DNA of 64,000 nucleotides from Minisyncoccota bacterium (GCA_035708305.1 DASSSU010000020.1:8481-72480); one strand, 5' to 3'; positions 48,286 through 58,378 are shown, counted from the first letter of the stretch. Numbers and translations are program-made. Notes: a model not told the origin generated them from the letters alone.

Positions 48286-48921
48286 ATGAAACGCGGACGA
48301 AGAAAACCATCACGCCGACCAGATGGAACACGGATTAACGAATACATCCGTGTGCCTGAAGTGCGTCTTTTTGATGAAAACGATCAGATGATCGGCATCG
48401 TGCCAATTGCTGAAGCACTGAGACAAGCACGAGAATCCGAGGTGGATTTGATCGAAGTGGTTCCCGGAGCCGTTCCCCCTATTGCAAAACTGATGGATTA
48501 TGGTAAATTTCAGTACGAAAAGAAGAAAAAAGAGCGCGACGCGCGTGCAAAGCAGAAAAGCACCGAAACCAAGTCCCTTCAGGTAAAAATCGGCACTGGT
48601 GAGCACGACTTGAACCTCAAGGCAAAGCGAGCCTCCGAATGGCTGAAAGAAGGACACCGGATCAAGCTTGACCTTTATCTCCGCGGACGCTCCAAGTACC
48701 TTGACCAGAACTTCCTGCAGAGCCGTCTTGATCGCCTTTTGCATCTTCTCACCACGGATTACAAAATCGCCACACCGCCCAAAAAAAGTCCAAAGGGGCT
48801 GAGCGTGATTCTTGAACACTCCTCCCGACCAAAAACACCGGAGGGCGAGAAAAAAGAAATTTCCGCAGAAAAAGCCGAGAAAACCAAACCAGAAATCAAC
48901 CAAAACCATGAAAACCAATAA
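48286..48921 (+). CDS. infC: Translation initiation factor IF-3
   Basis: RINEYIRVPEVRL, DLIEV, MDYGKFQYE. Confidence 0.96.
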   Translation: MKRGRRKPSRRPDGTRINEYIRVPEVRLFDENDQMIGIVPIAEALRQARESEVDLIEVVPGAVPPIAKLMDYGKFQYEKKKKERDARAKQKSTETKSLQVKIGTGEHDLNLKAKRASEWLKEGHRIKLDLYLRGRSKYLDQNFLQSRLDRLLHLLTTDYKIATPPKKSPKGLSVILEHSSRPKTPEGEKKEISAEKAEKTKPEINQNHENQ

Positions 48922-49129
48922 ATCCATCACCAAAAGATTTAAAATCACCAAAAACGGTAAGATGTTGACCCGAAAGGGCGGCGGAAATCACTTCAACGCC
49001 AAAGAAAGCCGAGAAAAGCAGCTCTCTCGCAAAACACAGCGGCCGATCACACTCAAGAACAAGGTCCGCGGACGCTTTCTGCCGGGACTCCGGGTGAAAT
49101 CCAAAGCATCCACAAAGGAAACCAATTAA
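48908..49129 (+). CDS. rpmI: 50S ribosomal protein L35
   Basis: MKTNKSITKRFKITKNGK...NHFNAK; between infC and rplT. Confidence 0.92.
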   Translation: MKTNKSITKRFKITKNGKMLTRKGGGNHFNAKESREKQLSRKTQRPITLKNKVRGRFLPGLRVKSKASTKETN

Positions 49130-49139
49130 CCATAAAATT

Positions 49140-49487
49140 ATGCCAAGAGTAAAACGAGGAACCATTAAAGCAAAGCGGCGACGAAACCTTTTGAGTCAAG
49201 TGAAAGGCTATCAGTTCGGACGCAGCACGAAGAAGCGCCAAGCACGCGAAGCGATCTTTCACGCAGGAAACCATGCCTTCGCTCACCGGCGTGACAAAAA
49301 GAACGATTACCGCCGCCTCTGGCAGGTTCAGATCAATGCCTATTTGCGCGAACTTGGCGCACCCTCCTACAGCAAATTTATGGGGCTTTTGAAAAAGAAA
49401 GAAATCGGAGTGAACCGAAAAATGCTCGCTCTCCTCGCAAGAGAAAATCCAGAAGCCTTTCAGGCAATCATCGAAAAAACAAAATAA
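49140..49487 (+). CDS. rplT: 50S ribosomal protein L20
   Basis: MPRVKRG, RRLWQVQINA, NRKMLA. Confidence 0.97.
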   Translation: MPRVKRGTIKAKRRRNLLSQVKGYQFGRSTKKRQAREAIFHAGNHAFAHRRDKKNDYRRLWQVQINAYLRELGAPSYSKFMGLLKKKEIGVNRKMLALLARENPEAFQAIIEKTK

Positions 49488-49530
49488 AAAAATAAAAACC
49501 GCTTGTGGGCGGTTTTTATTTTTTTATTTT
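49481..49530. terminator. Bidirectional terminator between convergent genes
   Basis: AAAATAAAAAAATAAAAACCGC-TTGTGG-GCGGTTTTTATTTTTTTATTTT. Confidence 0.8.
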
Positions 49531-49574
49531 TCTTATTTTTGAGATTTCTTTCTTCCCTGCTCTTTCGCCGGGAA

Positions 49575-50045
49575 TTATTCTGTCTCTTTCAGTTTAATCG
49601 CATTTCCCATCTTCAGCGAGAGAAAGAAAATACCCGCTACAAAGGCACCGACTGTATCAAAAAATAGATCACCTAAAGTATCCAAAATGTTATTTGCTCC
49701 TCCCACCGGCATAATTTGATAGAGGTAGAGCAGAAGTTCAAAGACTTCCCACAAAACCCCGATCAGCAAACCGGAGAGAATGCCGGTCGCCAAAACGGAG
49801 AAGATTCCCGACTGATGTACCCTCCTTGGTCCCTGCTTTGTTTTTTCGATTCTTGACTCTTCCGGGAGACGCAAAAGGAAAAACCACAGGCCAATAGAAC
49901 CGGACCACAACCCGCCCAAGAAGTGCATCGGCATGTCAAACCATGGAAAATCCCAATACAAATGCACTTCCATAGCGAAAAAATTCACCACCCCGATAAA
50001 CACCAAAAGCCAAAAAAGCAAGAGCAGATATGTCCTTTTTTCCAT
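49575..50045 (-). CDS. Four-TM membrane protein (DxxxH...WE...DTxxD; DUF2238/VanZ-like)
   Basis: WFDMPMHFLGG, GVLWEVFE, DTLGDL. Confidence 0.75.
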   Translation of the reverse strand: MEKRTYLLLLFWLLVFIGVVNFFAMEVHLYWDFPWFDMPMHFLGGLWSGSIGLWFFLLRLPEESRIEKTKQGPRRVHQSGIFSVLATGILSGLLIGVLWEVFELLLYLYQIMPVGGANNILDTLGDLFFDTVGAFVAGIFFLSLKMGNAIKLKETE

Positions 50046-50148
50046 GGGCATCATTATACCGCAAGGCACTTTTTTCGTAAATTTATAGAAGAAAATCTAC
50101 CCAAAGGTATAAGATTCTCGCCTTAACTTTAATTTTTATATTAAAAAC

Positions 50149-50180
50149 AAAACAAAATCCCCTTTCGGGGATTTTGTTTT
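50149..50180 (-). terminator. Terminator of the putative 6S RNA
   Basis: Minus strand AAAACAAAATCCCC-GAAA-GGGGATTTTGTTTT. Confidence 0.8.
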
Positions 50181-50305
50181 GGGCGGTTATGAGATATTAC
50201 CTAGCAAATTGCCAGGTGGGTGTCCTCCACTTTATGCCAATGGCGCAAAGTGAGTCGGGCTCCCTATAAAAACATAACCTAGTTAATATACAGCCATAAC
50301 CGCTC
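50181..50305 (-). ncRNA. ssrS: Putative short 6S RNA
   Basis: Rod structure: closing stem GCGGTTATG/CATAACCGC, TATTA-CTAG/CTAG-TAATA, AU-rich bubble, GGGAGCCCG and GGACACCCACCTG motifs (as recalled for Firmicutes 6S-1), apical stem CACTTT/AAAGTG; own promoter and terminator. Confidence 0.72.
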
Positions 50306-50309
50306 CTTC

Positions 50310-50338
50310 ATTATATGATACTTCTGCTGAAGTTCCAA
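50310..50338 (-). promoter_or_regulatory. sigma70 promoter of the putative 6S RNA
   Basis: TTGGAA-17 nt-TATAAT ending a few nt upstream of the closing stem. Confidence 0.7.
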
Positions 50339-50352
50339 TGAATTTAGCTTTT

Positions 50353-51342
50353 TTACAAAAAAGAAAAAGTTTGCACGATGGATTGGAGGGATGATTCAAG
50401 TTTTTGCTTATCCTGGTCAGTGAACTTTTGAATGGTTCCCGTCGCATACACTTCGTAAACACTCGAGGTCAGGCGGGCATCAATCTGGAAACATTGATTG
50501 TTGTGCCAAACCTGGTAGAGGATATCGTCACTTTGGTGACTCATTGCCGCGTCACCGCTTTCAAAAACAAAAAAGTTCTGCCCGTTGATAGATTCTTGGT
50601 GTGTGGCCGTTTTCACCGGAACGTTTTCACCAGCTTCACATTCTTGCTCTGTGGTAGCATTCTTGAGCACTTGTACCGATACACCCGCACTGCCAAAGTT
50701 CGTTCCAGAATATTCCTTCCCCGTGAAATACACACAGCCGAGAAAATCTCCCGATCCTTCTCCGCACGGCGGAATATAGCTAGAAAACTCTGCAGAGATC
50801 TTTTCACTCTTTTTCACCACCGCGAAATCGTCGGATGGGTACGCAAGACGAAAACCGTCTGCTTCATCTGAAAAAACAGTCCAACCATTCGGAACAGATG
50901 AAGCTGCAATGCTCTGACTCGTGCCGCTTGCGTTTTGGTTTTGAGCAGATTGATTCACCACTTCAACGGAAGAAACATCGATCGTCCCAACCGTGTTGTA
51001 TTTGTTCCCCGCTTCTGGTTCTTGAAGCACCCCCGTTACGCGTACGGTTTTCCCGGTTTCAAATGACGGCACTCCCAATCCCGGATTCGAAGCCTGCAAC
51101 CCAAAATACATACCGTCGTCCCCTTTCAGCCCAATAGCGCATTCAAGTGTCTGTGGACCTGTGGTGTCTTTGTGCGGCAGACATGCCACCGTTCCACTTT
51201 GGACAATTTCTGTGCCAAATTTATCAGCAAACGGCGAGCCGGTCTGTGGTGAGCCTGGTTTTCCTTTTTCAAAAAGCGTGATTCCGCCAATCGCGATCAC
51301 AATCAGTAAAAATATAATAATAATTCCCCATGTTTTTTTCAT
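50353..51342 (-). CDS. Membrane-anchored extracellular protein (CLPHK...ECAIGL domain plus PsbP-like domain)
   Basis: N-terminal TM; GTVACLPHKDTTGPQTLECAIGL; WTVFSDEADGFRLAYP...IVQTFSF. Confidence 0.7.
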   Translation of the reverse strand: MKKTWGIIIIFLLIVIAIGGITLFEKGKPGSPQTGSPFADKFGTEIVQSGTVACLPHKDTTGPQTLECAIGLKGDDGMYFGLQASNPGLGVPSFETGKTVRVTGVLQEPEAGNKYNTVGTIDVSSVEVVNQSAQNQNASGTSQSIAASSVPNGWTVFSDEADGFRLAYPSDDFAVVKKSEKISAEFSSYIPPCGEGSGDFLGCVYFTGKEYSGTNFGSAGVSVQVLKNATTEQECEAGENVPVKTATHQESINGQNFFVFESGDAAMSHQSDDILYQVWHNNQCFQIDARLTSSVYEVYATGTIQKFTDQDKQKLESSLQSIVQTFSFL

Positions 51343-51419
51343 ACCCCTATGGTACCACATTTTAAAAACATTGCGGATAGTTTTTTTGCTTTTGAGGGAT
51401 TTTTTTCTTCAGGAATCTC

Positions 51420-52637
51420 CTACGATTTCCCAAAAATTTCACGAAAGCTCAAGCGGCGGCTGTACTCAAGCGCGCCGTAACGAAAGGCGCGCGCCGCACT
51501 GAAGAGCACGGTCATCATGCAGACCGTGAGAATAAAAAGCCCAAGCGCAGTTTCCCAGGATGCGAGATTGCCCGCGGCATTTCGAAGCAAGAGCGTGACC
51601 GGAGCGGTTGTCGGAAAAAAGCTGAAAACCTTCACAATGATCTGGCTCGGATCCGAAAGGATCGCCTGCACCGCATAGAGCGGGATGAACATGGAAAACA
51701 TCACCAGGCCAAAAAATCTCGCCGCTTCTTTCCCGGTCGGCATCACTGCACCGATCGTGACTAAAAGTCCGGTAAAGAGAAAGAACGCGAGGACAAAAAT
51801 TGCTGCCGCAATCGCAATCGGCCCCGGGGAGAGGTCAATGTTCACCAGCCATCCGGCCGGAAGAGCAGAACCCTTTCCAAAATACACAAAGCCGATAATG
51901 ATCGGAACGAGCATCACAGCGATCCGCACCAGTGCCAAAAGAATGAGTGAGATAATTTTTCCAAAAAGAAGCGTCTGAGAAGTCACCGTCGTGAGAATCA
52001 TTTCGATCACGCGATTTTCTTTTTCCTCTGTCGTACTGGCGAGCATTTCGTTTCCCATCAGCATGATAAGCAGGAAAAACAGTACCAGAAACAGCCCCGG
52101 AGCGATTACACTTTCAAAGCCTTTCGCCTTCTCACCGTTTTCGTAGGTGATGAGCGCAGTGGTAACCGCACTGCTGTCGTTCACGATCGCGAGTCTCACC
52201 GGAGAAGTGATCTCGCTTTCGGCACTCAGACGAAGGAGCTTTTGCGCAAAACTCTCGTATTTGCCGTTGTTGAAGAGACCAACATCCTTCGCATAAATTT
52301 GCACCGGCTCTTTCGTCGGGTCTTCTGGGTAAATAATAAATTCATCCAATACGCCGGATTTTACGCGGCTGATCCCCTCCTCTTTGTTTTCTATATCAGA
52401 AATGCTGAACTGCTTTTTTGCCACCTCGGTGATAATTCCGGACTGGTCTAAAATCGCCACTTTCAAAGGCGCCTGCAGTGCGGCTTCTTGCGCATTTGAT
52501 GCCGCTTGTGCGGAGAGAAAAGAAATTCCTCCCACCACTCCCACGAGAAGCGGAATGGCAAGAATGCTCACCCAGAACGATTTCTTTTTGATCGCTCGGA
52601 TGAATTCAAACAAAATTACCGTTCTCAGGTTATGCAT
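51420..52637 (-). CDS. ABC-2 transporter permease (NatB/YhaP-like)
   Basis: EEKENRVIEMIL, LFGKI; 6 TMs. Confidence 0.9.
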   Translation of the reverse strand: MHNLRTVILFEFIRAIKKKSFWVSILAIPLLVGVVGGISFLSAQAASNAQEAALQAPLKVAILDQSGIITEVAKKQFSISDIENKEEGISRVKSGVLDEFIIYPEDPTKEPVQIYAKDVGLFNNGKYESFAQKLLRLSAESEITSPVRLAIVNDSSAVTTALITYENGEKAKGFESVIAPGLFLVLFFLLIMLMGNEMLASTTEEKENRVIEMILTTVTSQTLLFGKIISLILLALVRIAVMLVPIIIGFVYFGKGSALPAGWLVNIDLSPGPIAIAAAIFVLAFFLFTGLLVTIGAVMPTGKEAARFFGLVMFSMFIPLYAVQAILSDPSQIIVKVFSFFPTTAPVTLLLRNAAGNLASWETALGLFILTVCMMTVLFSAARAFRYGALEYSRRLSFREIFGKS

Positions 52638-53556
52638 AAGAAGTTTTTTCGTTTTCGCTGTAAATGTCCACAAAGAGATCTTCAAGGGATGCACGCCCGG
52701 CTTCAAAAGAAGCTAGCTTTATCCCCGGCATATTAGCTAAAAATTTCAAAACCGCTTCGCTCTCCACGTTGTCCGCCACCAGAAGCTCCGCCCCGGACAT
52801 TCCCTCTCGCGAACGAACGCGGTACAAGTCAGTACGTTCCGGAAGCGTTCCCGAAAAGCGCACACGAACCGTGTTACCACCATACGTTTTGCGAATTTCT
52901 TCAAGCGTTCCATAGAGACGGCGAAAACCGTCCTTCAGCAGCATGACCCGATCACAGAGACGCTCCACTTCGTCCATGTGGTGCGTGACCAAAATCACCG
53001 TCGCACCATCCTTCACCCGTTCGTTCACCATGTCCACCATGAGACGGCGGTTCACCGGATCCAGCCCTTTGGTTGGCTCATCGAGGATAAGCAGCGCTGG
53101 GTGGTTCATCATCGTCACGCCAAGCTGAATCTTTTGCTGCTGACCACCCGAAAGGCTTCCCAGCTGTTTGTGCGCTTTGTCTGCCAAGCCAACGCGGTCA
53201 AGATATTCCAAAGAAGTTTTCCGTGCTTCAGTACGAGAGAGATTTTTCAGCTCGCCGAAATACACCATGGTATCAAGCACGGATTCTTTTTTGTAGAGTC
53301 CTCGCTCCTCAGGAAGATATCCCAGAAAGGCGCTTTCGGAAGAGTCAAAACGTTTGCCGTTTATCAGCAGCTTGCCGCGCGTGGGCTCATAAATCCCGAG
53401 AAGTGTGCGAATGGTTGTTGTTTTTCCAGATCCGTTTGAACCAAGAAATCCAAAAACTTCCCCCGAAAAAACCTCAAAAGACAAATCTTCGATGACGGTC
53501 CTTTTGCCAAACTTCATCTGAAAATTTTCTACCGCGACAATGGATTCTGAATTCAT
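52630..53556 (-). CDS. ABC transporter ATP-binding protein (NatA/YhaQ-like)
   Basis: GSNGSGKTT, GYLPEERGLY, LSGGQ, LILDEP. Confidence 0.95.
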   Translation of the reverse strand: MNSESIVAVENFQMKFGKRTVIEDLSFEVFSGEVFGFLGSNGSGKTTTIRTLLGIYEPTRGKLLINGKRFDSSESAFLGYLPEERGLYKKESVLDTMVYFGELKNLSRTEARKTSLEYLDRVGLADKAHKQLGSLSGGQQQKIQLGVTMMNHPALLILDEPTKGLDPVNRRLMVDMVNERVKDGATVILVTHHMDEVERLCDRVMLLKDGFRRLYGTLEEIRKTYGGNTVRVRFSGTLPERTDLYRVRSREGMSGAELLVADNVESEAVLKFLANMPGIKLASFEAGRASLEDLFVDIYSENEKTSYA

Positions 53557-53613
53557 AGAAATTCTTATTGTATCACACCATATCACGGACCATTTTCTGG
53601 TCCAATGAAGAAA

Positions 53614-54615
53614 TTAACGTGCCGCAAACCAGATGAATGTTCCTATTTGGGAAAGCACGAAAATGGCGTACACACTTACCAGCACCACCCCTTCTTTTCG
53701 AGAAATATCGTTTTTGGTATTGGCAAAAAAGTAAAAAAGCACAAAGCCAATGGTCATCAAACCTGCCGGAAAAAAGAAGCTCGCCCTTTCAACCGGAAAT
53801 GGACCGTTAAAAATGGCAAGAAATCCGAAAATAAGCGAGTTGGTTACTGCCGAACCAAAATAATCTCCAAAGGCAATGCTGATTTTTGCTTTTTGTACCG
53901 AGCGCACCGCAATGACCAGTTCCGGCATATTGGTGCCGATGGAGATCACGAGAAGCCCGATCAACGAACTCGGAACGTGAAGCAAACCGGAAAAGTAAAC
54001 AGTTTCGTGCACCAAAAGGCTGCTGGCAAAAAAAATAATGATCGCTCCGCCGATAATTTTAAATACATCAATCTCTGTCGCATGCCGCTTCGATACCAGT
54101 TCTTCCCCCACTTCCTCGAAGACTTCCGGTGCAGAATCGGATTTTTTTTGCCACCACCATTTTCCTTTTCGGATAAAGTACAGAAGTGCGGCGTACGCGA
54201 GGAGACAAATCCAACCTTCACGGGCATGGATCGTGCCATTGAGCGTAAAGAGCGCCGGGAGCAAAATCACAAAAAGCGCTGCCATGAGTTGGGGCTTGCT
54301 GAGTGTGTCTTTCAGCCGCACACCATTCCCGACAATCGCAAGCACGGGGACAATAAAAAGCAGCACTACGAAAGATCCGCCGATCAAGTTACCCACCGAA
54401 ACTTGCGGCACATGCCCCAAGGTCGAACTTATCATTACTGAAATTTCACTCACCGACGTCAAAAAGCCAAGTACAAAAAATGCCACCGTAAAGCCACTTC
54501 GATGCAACCGCGCCGCTACCTTATCCACCGCTTCAATCAAAAGCCCCGAGATAATCCAGAGGATCGCTGCAGAAAAAATAAAAAGCAGAAGATTCAGAAA
54601 AATCGAGAATGCCAT
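53614..54615 (-). CDS. Sodium:calcium antiporter family protein
   Basis: Alpha repeats TSVSE...GNLIGG and GTNMPE...GDYFGS. Confidence 0.88.
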   Translation of the reverse strand: MAFSIFLNLLLFIFSAAILWIISGLLIEAVDKVAARLHRSGFTVAFFVLGFLTSVSEISVMISSTLGHVPQVSVGNLIGGSFVVLLFIVPVLAIVGNGVRLKDTLSKPQLMAALFVILLPALFTLNGTIHAREGWICLLAYAALLYFIRKGKWWWQKKSDSAPEVFEEVGEELVSKRHATEIDVFKIIGGAIIIFFASSLLVHETVYFSGLLHVPSSLIGLLVISIGTNMPELVIAVRSVQKAKISIAFGDYFGSAVTNSLIFGFLAIFNGPFPVERASFFFPAGLMTIGFVLFYFFANTKNDISRKEGVVLVSVYAIFVLSQIGTFIWFAAR

Positions 54616-54675
54616 AAAAATGGGATTAAAAAAGGAATTCCATCAGTCAGACTTTTTCAGCATACCATGAAAACT

Positions 54676-55785
54676 TCAAAAACCGTGTGGAAATACTTCC
54701 CCGGGCACAGAGTACGCTTCGCCGTTTTGAAGCGCGAGAAACGGCGTGGACGGATCGGCTTTTGCACGGACAATTTGCGCACCTTCATCCTGCCCGTCCG
54801 CCGTGAGCCGAAAGGTGCCGAAGTGAATACCAATCGCCGTTTGCGCGCGAATCTTTTTTTGGATCAGAAGCGCTTCTTCGGGTGAAATATGCACGTCCCG
54901 GAAAAACACCCGCGGTCGAAAAGCCCCGATCGGAAGCAGTGCCAAACGAAAACCGTCCGGAAAACACGCAACAACTTTTTCCACCCACGGACCGTAGCCG
55001 GTATCACCCGCAAAGTAAATATTGCCGTGAGCGGTTTTTATGACAAACCCCGCCCAGAGCGTATTCATGCGATCCGAAATGGCGCGTGCCGAAAAATGCT
55101 GCGCAGGAACGGCAAAAATACCCATTCCACTTTCGAGTACCTGTCCGTCTTTCCAATCCATGTCCACCGCCCCGGAAATTCCGCGTTTTTCGAGATAAGC
55201 AACATTTCCCAGCGGGACATATATTTTGGGATCATGAACTTTGTGAAGTTTGCGAAGGGTCGGAATATCCATGTGGTCATAATGGTTATGCGAAATCAAA
55301 ACCACGTCGATTGGCGGTAGATCCTCGAAACGCACACCCGGATTGCGGTACCTTCTTGGACCAAGGAAAGATAAGGGGCTTGCGCGATACGAGTAAATCG
55401 GATCCGTCAAAATATTTACCCCCTCCGTCTGAATCAATACCGTCGCGTGATTGATGAACGTCACCAAAAGTTCCTCGCCCTCTACTCGCTTCGGCGGAAT
55501 ACTCGTTTCCACCGTTTCCATTTTCCACGCGCTTCGGTCAAACAAAGATCGGAAGCGCACTAAAAGATTTTTTTCAGCGAGAAGTTCATCCTCTCCCGGC
55601 TCGGGAATGTCCAATTTCTGGGAAGCATCTGCCAGAATGTTGAAAAACTTTTTGCCGTCGAAATGGTCGCTCATCGCACCATTATATTTTTTTGAACGCA
55701 AAAGGTGATCCATCACTGTCAGAAACACGATGAGAATCAAAAGCGCTCCGAAAAAAATCGCAAGAAAAATCATAATAAAATGCAT
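54676..55785 (-). CDS. Metallo-beta-lactamase fold hydrolase (RomA/NAPE-PLD-like)
   Basis: SDHFDGKKFFN, ISHNHYDHMD, PAQHFS, FAGDTGY, IHFGTF. Confidence 0.9.
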   Translation of the reverse strand: MHFIMIFLAIFFGALLILIVFLTVMDHLLRSKKYNGAMSDHFDGKKFFNILADASQKLDIPEPGEDELLAEKNLLVRFRSLFDRSAWKMETVETSIPPKRVEGEELLVTFINHATVLIQTEGVNILTDPIYSYRASPLSFLGPRRYRNPGVRFEDLPPIDVVLISHNHYDHMDIPTLRKLHKVHDPKIYVPLGNVAYLEKRGISGAVDMDWKDGQVLESGMGIFAVPAQHFSARAISDRMNTLWAGFVIKTAHGNIYFAGDTGYGPWVEKVVACFPDGFRLALLPIGAFRPRVFFRDVHISPEEALLIQKKIRAQTAIGIHFGTFRLTADGQDEGAQIVRAKADPSTPFLALQNGEAYSVPGEVFPHGF

Positions 55786-55819
55786 CAAAAACTTCCGCGA
55801 GGTTTGAAGAAACGGGAAG

Positions 55820-57007
55820 TTATTGATACTGAATGTAAATCGGCTTTGGCTCCAAGTTCAGAACTTCTTCCGGCGTCATCATGCCCGTGCTCGGCGGCCG
55901 CAAGTCGTTCTTGTAAAACAGCTTAAACCCGGTGAACTGAACCGGCTCGGAATAGATCACGCGCTGATACGTGTTTTTCTTTTTTGCGGGCGAACCCCAG
56001 CCGTCCATATCCATGACAATCTGCACTTCTGGAAGCGGCTTGATGTCTTCTGCGTCGGTTACCATGGCCGGAGTGAAGCGATGCACCACGAGGATTTTTG
56101 GCGGGAGGTTGTTTTCCTGCACGAGCTTTGCCAAGTACTCTGCCGCGCGATTCACGTCAGCAGCATCAACCGTGCCGATGTATTCCCCGGGCTTGTGGCC
56201 ATATTTCATCCGAAACTCCGGATCAATGGCCAGATGCACTTTCGGCATTTTCAGATATGGCTCTAGGCTTTCGATCTCGGTTTGAAGGTTCGCCAGCCCC
56301 ACCTGCACATCCAAAATCACGATCCCGTTCACCTGGTTGGCCAGATCAATCGCGTGATCAATCTGGTCGTCCGGCATATGAAGGTTGTAATCCCCGTCGG
56401 GGCCGGGACTTCCCTGCGCCGTAATGGCAATGTACTCGATCGCGGGCATTACCGGCGTGTTCGGGTCTGCCGCCTCCCATTTTTGCACTTCGTTGTCGAG
56501 CTTACTGATCATCTGGTCAGCTGGGTACTCGCCCAGCACGCCCATGTTTTTGGAATAAAAATTTCCGTAATACGCCACCACGCGGTAAAACGGCAAGATC
56601 GCCCCGACGTTCGGATATACATCGTTCTCTGCCGGCCAAAGATAGTGAATCGGCTTCTCAGGAATTGAAGAAGAAGCCGTGGATGAAGCGGTAGAAGTAG
56701 CGGCAACCGGAGGAACTGGGCGGTTGGCCAATGCCAAAACCCGCGCGTCATAATCCGCTTTGTTCAAGGTCGGCTTCGGAGGGGGCGGCGGTGGGTCATT
56801 TTTTTCAGAGACGCTTCCTTCTGTTTCCGCCGTATTCGCGTTGTATTTGATAGGAAAAAGATGCGGATATCCGATTATGGCGACAAGGACCACCAGTCCT
56901 GCAAGGAGGAGCAAATGATTGAGATTGTCTTTGTTTTCCATCTCGGCAGCGCCCACCCGGCGAACTTTTTCCTGCTTTTTTTCTTTCCGTCGAAAGGCGT
57001 GTTTCAT
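55820..57007 (-). CDS. Conserved membrane-anchored protein, possible TIM-barrel glycoside-hydrolase-like domain (start uncertain)
   Basis: TM, Pro/Ser linker, RVVAYYGN, ILDVQVG, VHLAIDPEF, MDGWG, GFKLFY. Confidence 0.7.
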   Translation of the reverse strand: MKHAFRRKEKKQEKVRRVGAAEMENKDNLNHLLLLAGLVVLVAIIGYPHLFPIKYNANTAETEGSVSEKNDPPPPPPKPTLNKADYDARVLALANRPVPPVAATSTASSTASSSIPEKPIHYLWPAENDVYPNVGAILPFYRVVAYYGNFYSKNMGVLGEYPADQMISKLDNEVQKWEAADPNTPVMPAIEYIAITAQGSPGPDGDYNLHMPDDQIDHAIDLANQVNGIVILDVQVGLANLQTEIESLEPYLKMPKVHLAIDPEFRMKYGHKPGEYIGTVDAADVNRAAEYLAKLVQENNLPPKILVVHRFTPAMVTDAEDIKPLPEVQIVMDMDGWGSPAKKKNTYQRVIYSEPVQFTGFKLFYKNDLRPPSTGMMTPEEVLNLEPKPIYIQYQ

Positions 57008-57065
57008 GTCCCCACATTCTAACACAAAAGCCGTTTATTTATAGCCCAAATCATTTCCAGACGGT

Positions 57066-57707
57066 CTAATACTCCACGGTAATCGGAAGCGAAACAGAAG
57101 CGTCATTTTGTGGGAGTCCTGAGGGATTGTCTTTTTTGAGAACGAGTGTGGCGGGGCCGATGTAAGAGTCCGGCGCTTTGAGATCCACTTCAAACGGCAC
57201 GAAATTTTCCGTCATCCATTCTCCTTGCGCTTGTACCACACCACTCACGAGGGTTTTGCCATTCTTATCCAAGAGTGTCACCGGAAATGATCCTTCAAAA
57301 TACCACCCGCCGCGCGCCTGTCCTTTCACTTTGAAATCCTTTCCTACCACCGCACCGGGAGACGGAAGCGCCACCGTGATCATGTCTGCCGTGGCGTTTT
57401 GATACGTCGCTTTTTCTGGAATTTCTTCAGCATACCGTCTTCCATCCGGAGTGGTGCATTGCCGTGGCGGACCGGGAACCACCGGGTACCCGGCAGCAAC
57501 ACAATCCGCAAGCGATGCCACTGACGCTCCATGGGTAGTAGTTTCATTTGAACTTGTAGCAGAAGATGCCGATGATGAAGCCGGAGATGAAGATGCATAT
57601 TTTCCATTTTGCCCGGCTTTCGGGAAACCGTAAAAAAACACCGCCCAGATTACCAGAGCGACAATCACCAAAACCGCACCAAAAACGACAACAAGACGTG
57701 TTTTCAT
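57066..57707 (-). CDS. Gmad2 immunoglobulin-like domain protein
   Basis: TM; DCVAAGYPV...PRQC; GQARGGWYFEGSFPV; KDNPSGLP. Confidence 0.85.
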   Translation of the reverse strand: MKTRLVVVFGAVLVIVALVIWAVFFYGFPKAGQNGKYASSSPASSSASSATSSNETTTHGASVASLADCVAAGYPVVPGPPRQCTTPDGRRYAEEIPEKATYQNATADMITVALPSPGAVVGKDFKVKGQARGGWYFEGSFPVTLLDKNGKTLVSGVVQAQGEWMTENFVPFEVDLKAPDSYIGPATLVLKKDNPSGLPQNDASVSLPITVEY

Positions 57708-57789
57708 AGTGAGACATTATATCATACTTGCATTTTTAAATTTCCTTCATTCAACTTGTCGTCGTTTTCGCATTTTGAATTTCAAAAAC

Positions 57790-57811
57790 AAAAAAGGCGG
57801 CCGAAGCCGCC
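57790..57811 (-). terminator. Terminator with cUUCGg tetraloop
   Basis: Minus strand GGCGGC-TTCG-GCCGCC-TTTTTT. Confidence 0.8.
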
Positions 57812-57817
57812 CTGGAT

Positions 57818-58282
57818 TCACACGAAAGTGTATTTTGGTTTGTATTGCTGAGAATGAATCTTTTTAGATTTTTCAGAAAACCGTGAGCAACGGCATACCT
57901 GAAGATTCTTCGTTTTCAAAGGTTTCGGTATTTTTGCCGATGCAAGGCACTTAAGACATTTGAAACAAAAGTTATCTCCCGCAGAAAGTTTTTCTAAAAC
58001 AGATACTTTTCTATGAAGAGTCTTCTGCCAACGGGATCGAGAAATTGTCGGCTGAAGAGACAGTATTTTTTCCTCGGTAGTGATTTTCTGTACATATGTC
58101 CGAAGCGGTTCCCACTTCTTTTCTCTCCAAAAACCCGTTGCAATCACAATTTGGAGACATTTCGTTGGAAAAAATTTTATGAACGCGTGTTCATTGTCTC
58201 TCAGCATGAAATGTTCATATCCACGCTGCTCACAAAGATTCTGCAATTCACGAAAAGTAATTTCCGTATAATCAGCCGGCAT
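57818..58282 (-). CDS. Hypothetical basic protein with possible C-terminal zinc ribbon
   Basis: GAGAGG RBS, terminator downstream; CFKC...CRC. Confidence 0.55.
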   Translation of the reverse strand: MPADYTEITFRELQNLCEQRGYEHFMLRDNEHAFIKFFPTKCLQIVIATGFWREKKWEPLRTYVQKITTEEKILSLQPTISRSRWQKTLHRKVSVLEKLSAGDNFCFKCLKCLASAKIPKPLKTKNLQVCRCSRFSEKSKKIHSQQYKPKYTFV

Positions 58283-58378
58283 TTTGGTTCCTCTCAAAAG
58301 GAAAACAACTTGATCCCATCAGAACTTATGCTTTTCTTTTCTCTTTGTCAATAACTTTCAATTCTGAAAAATCCAGAA

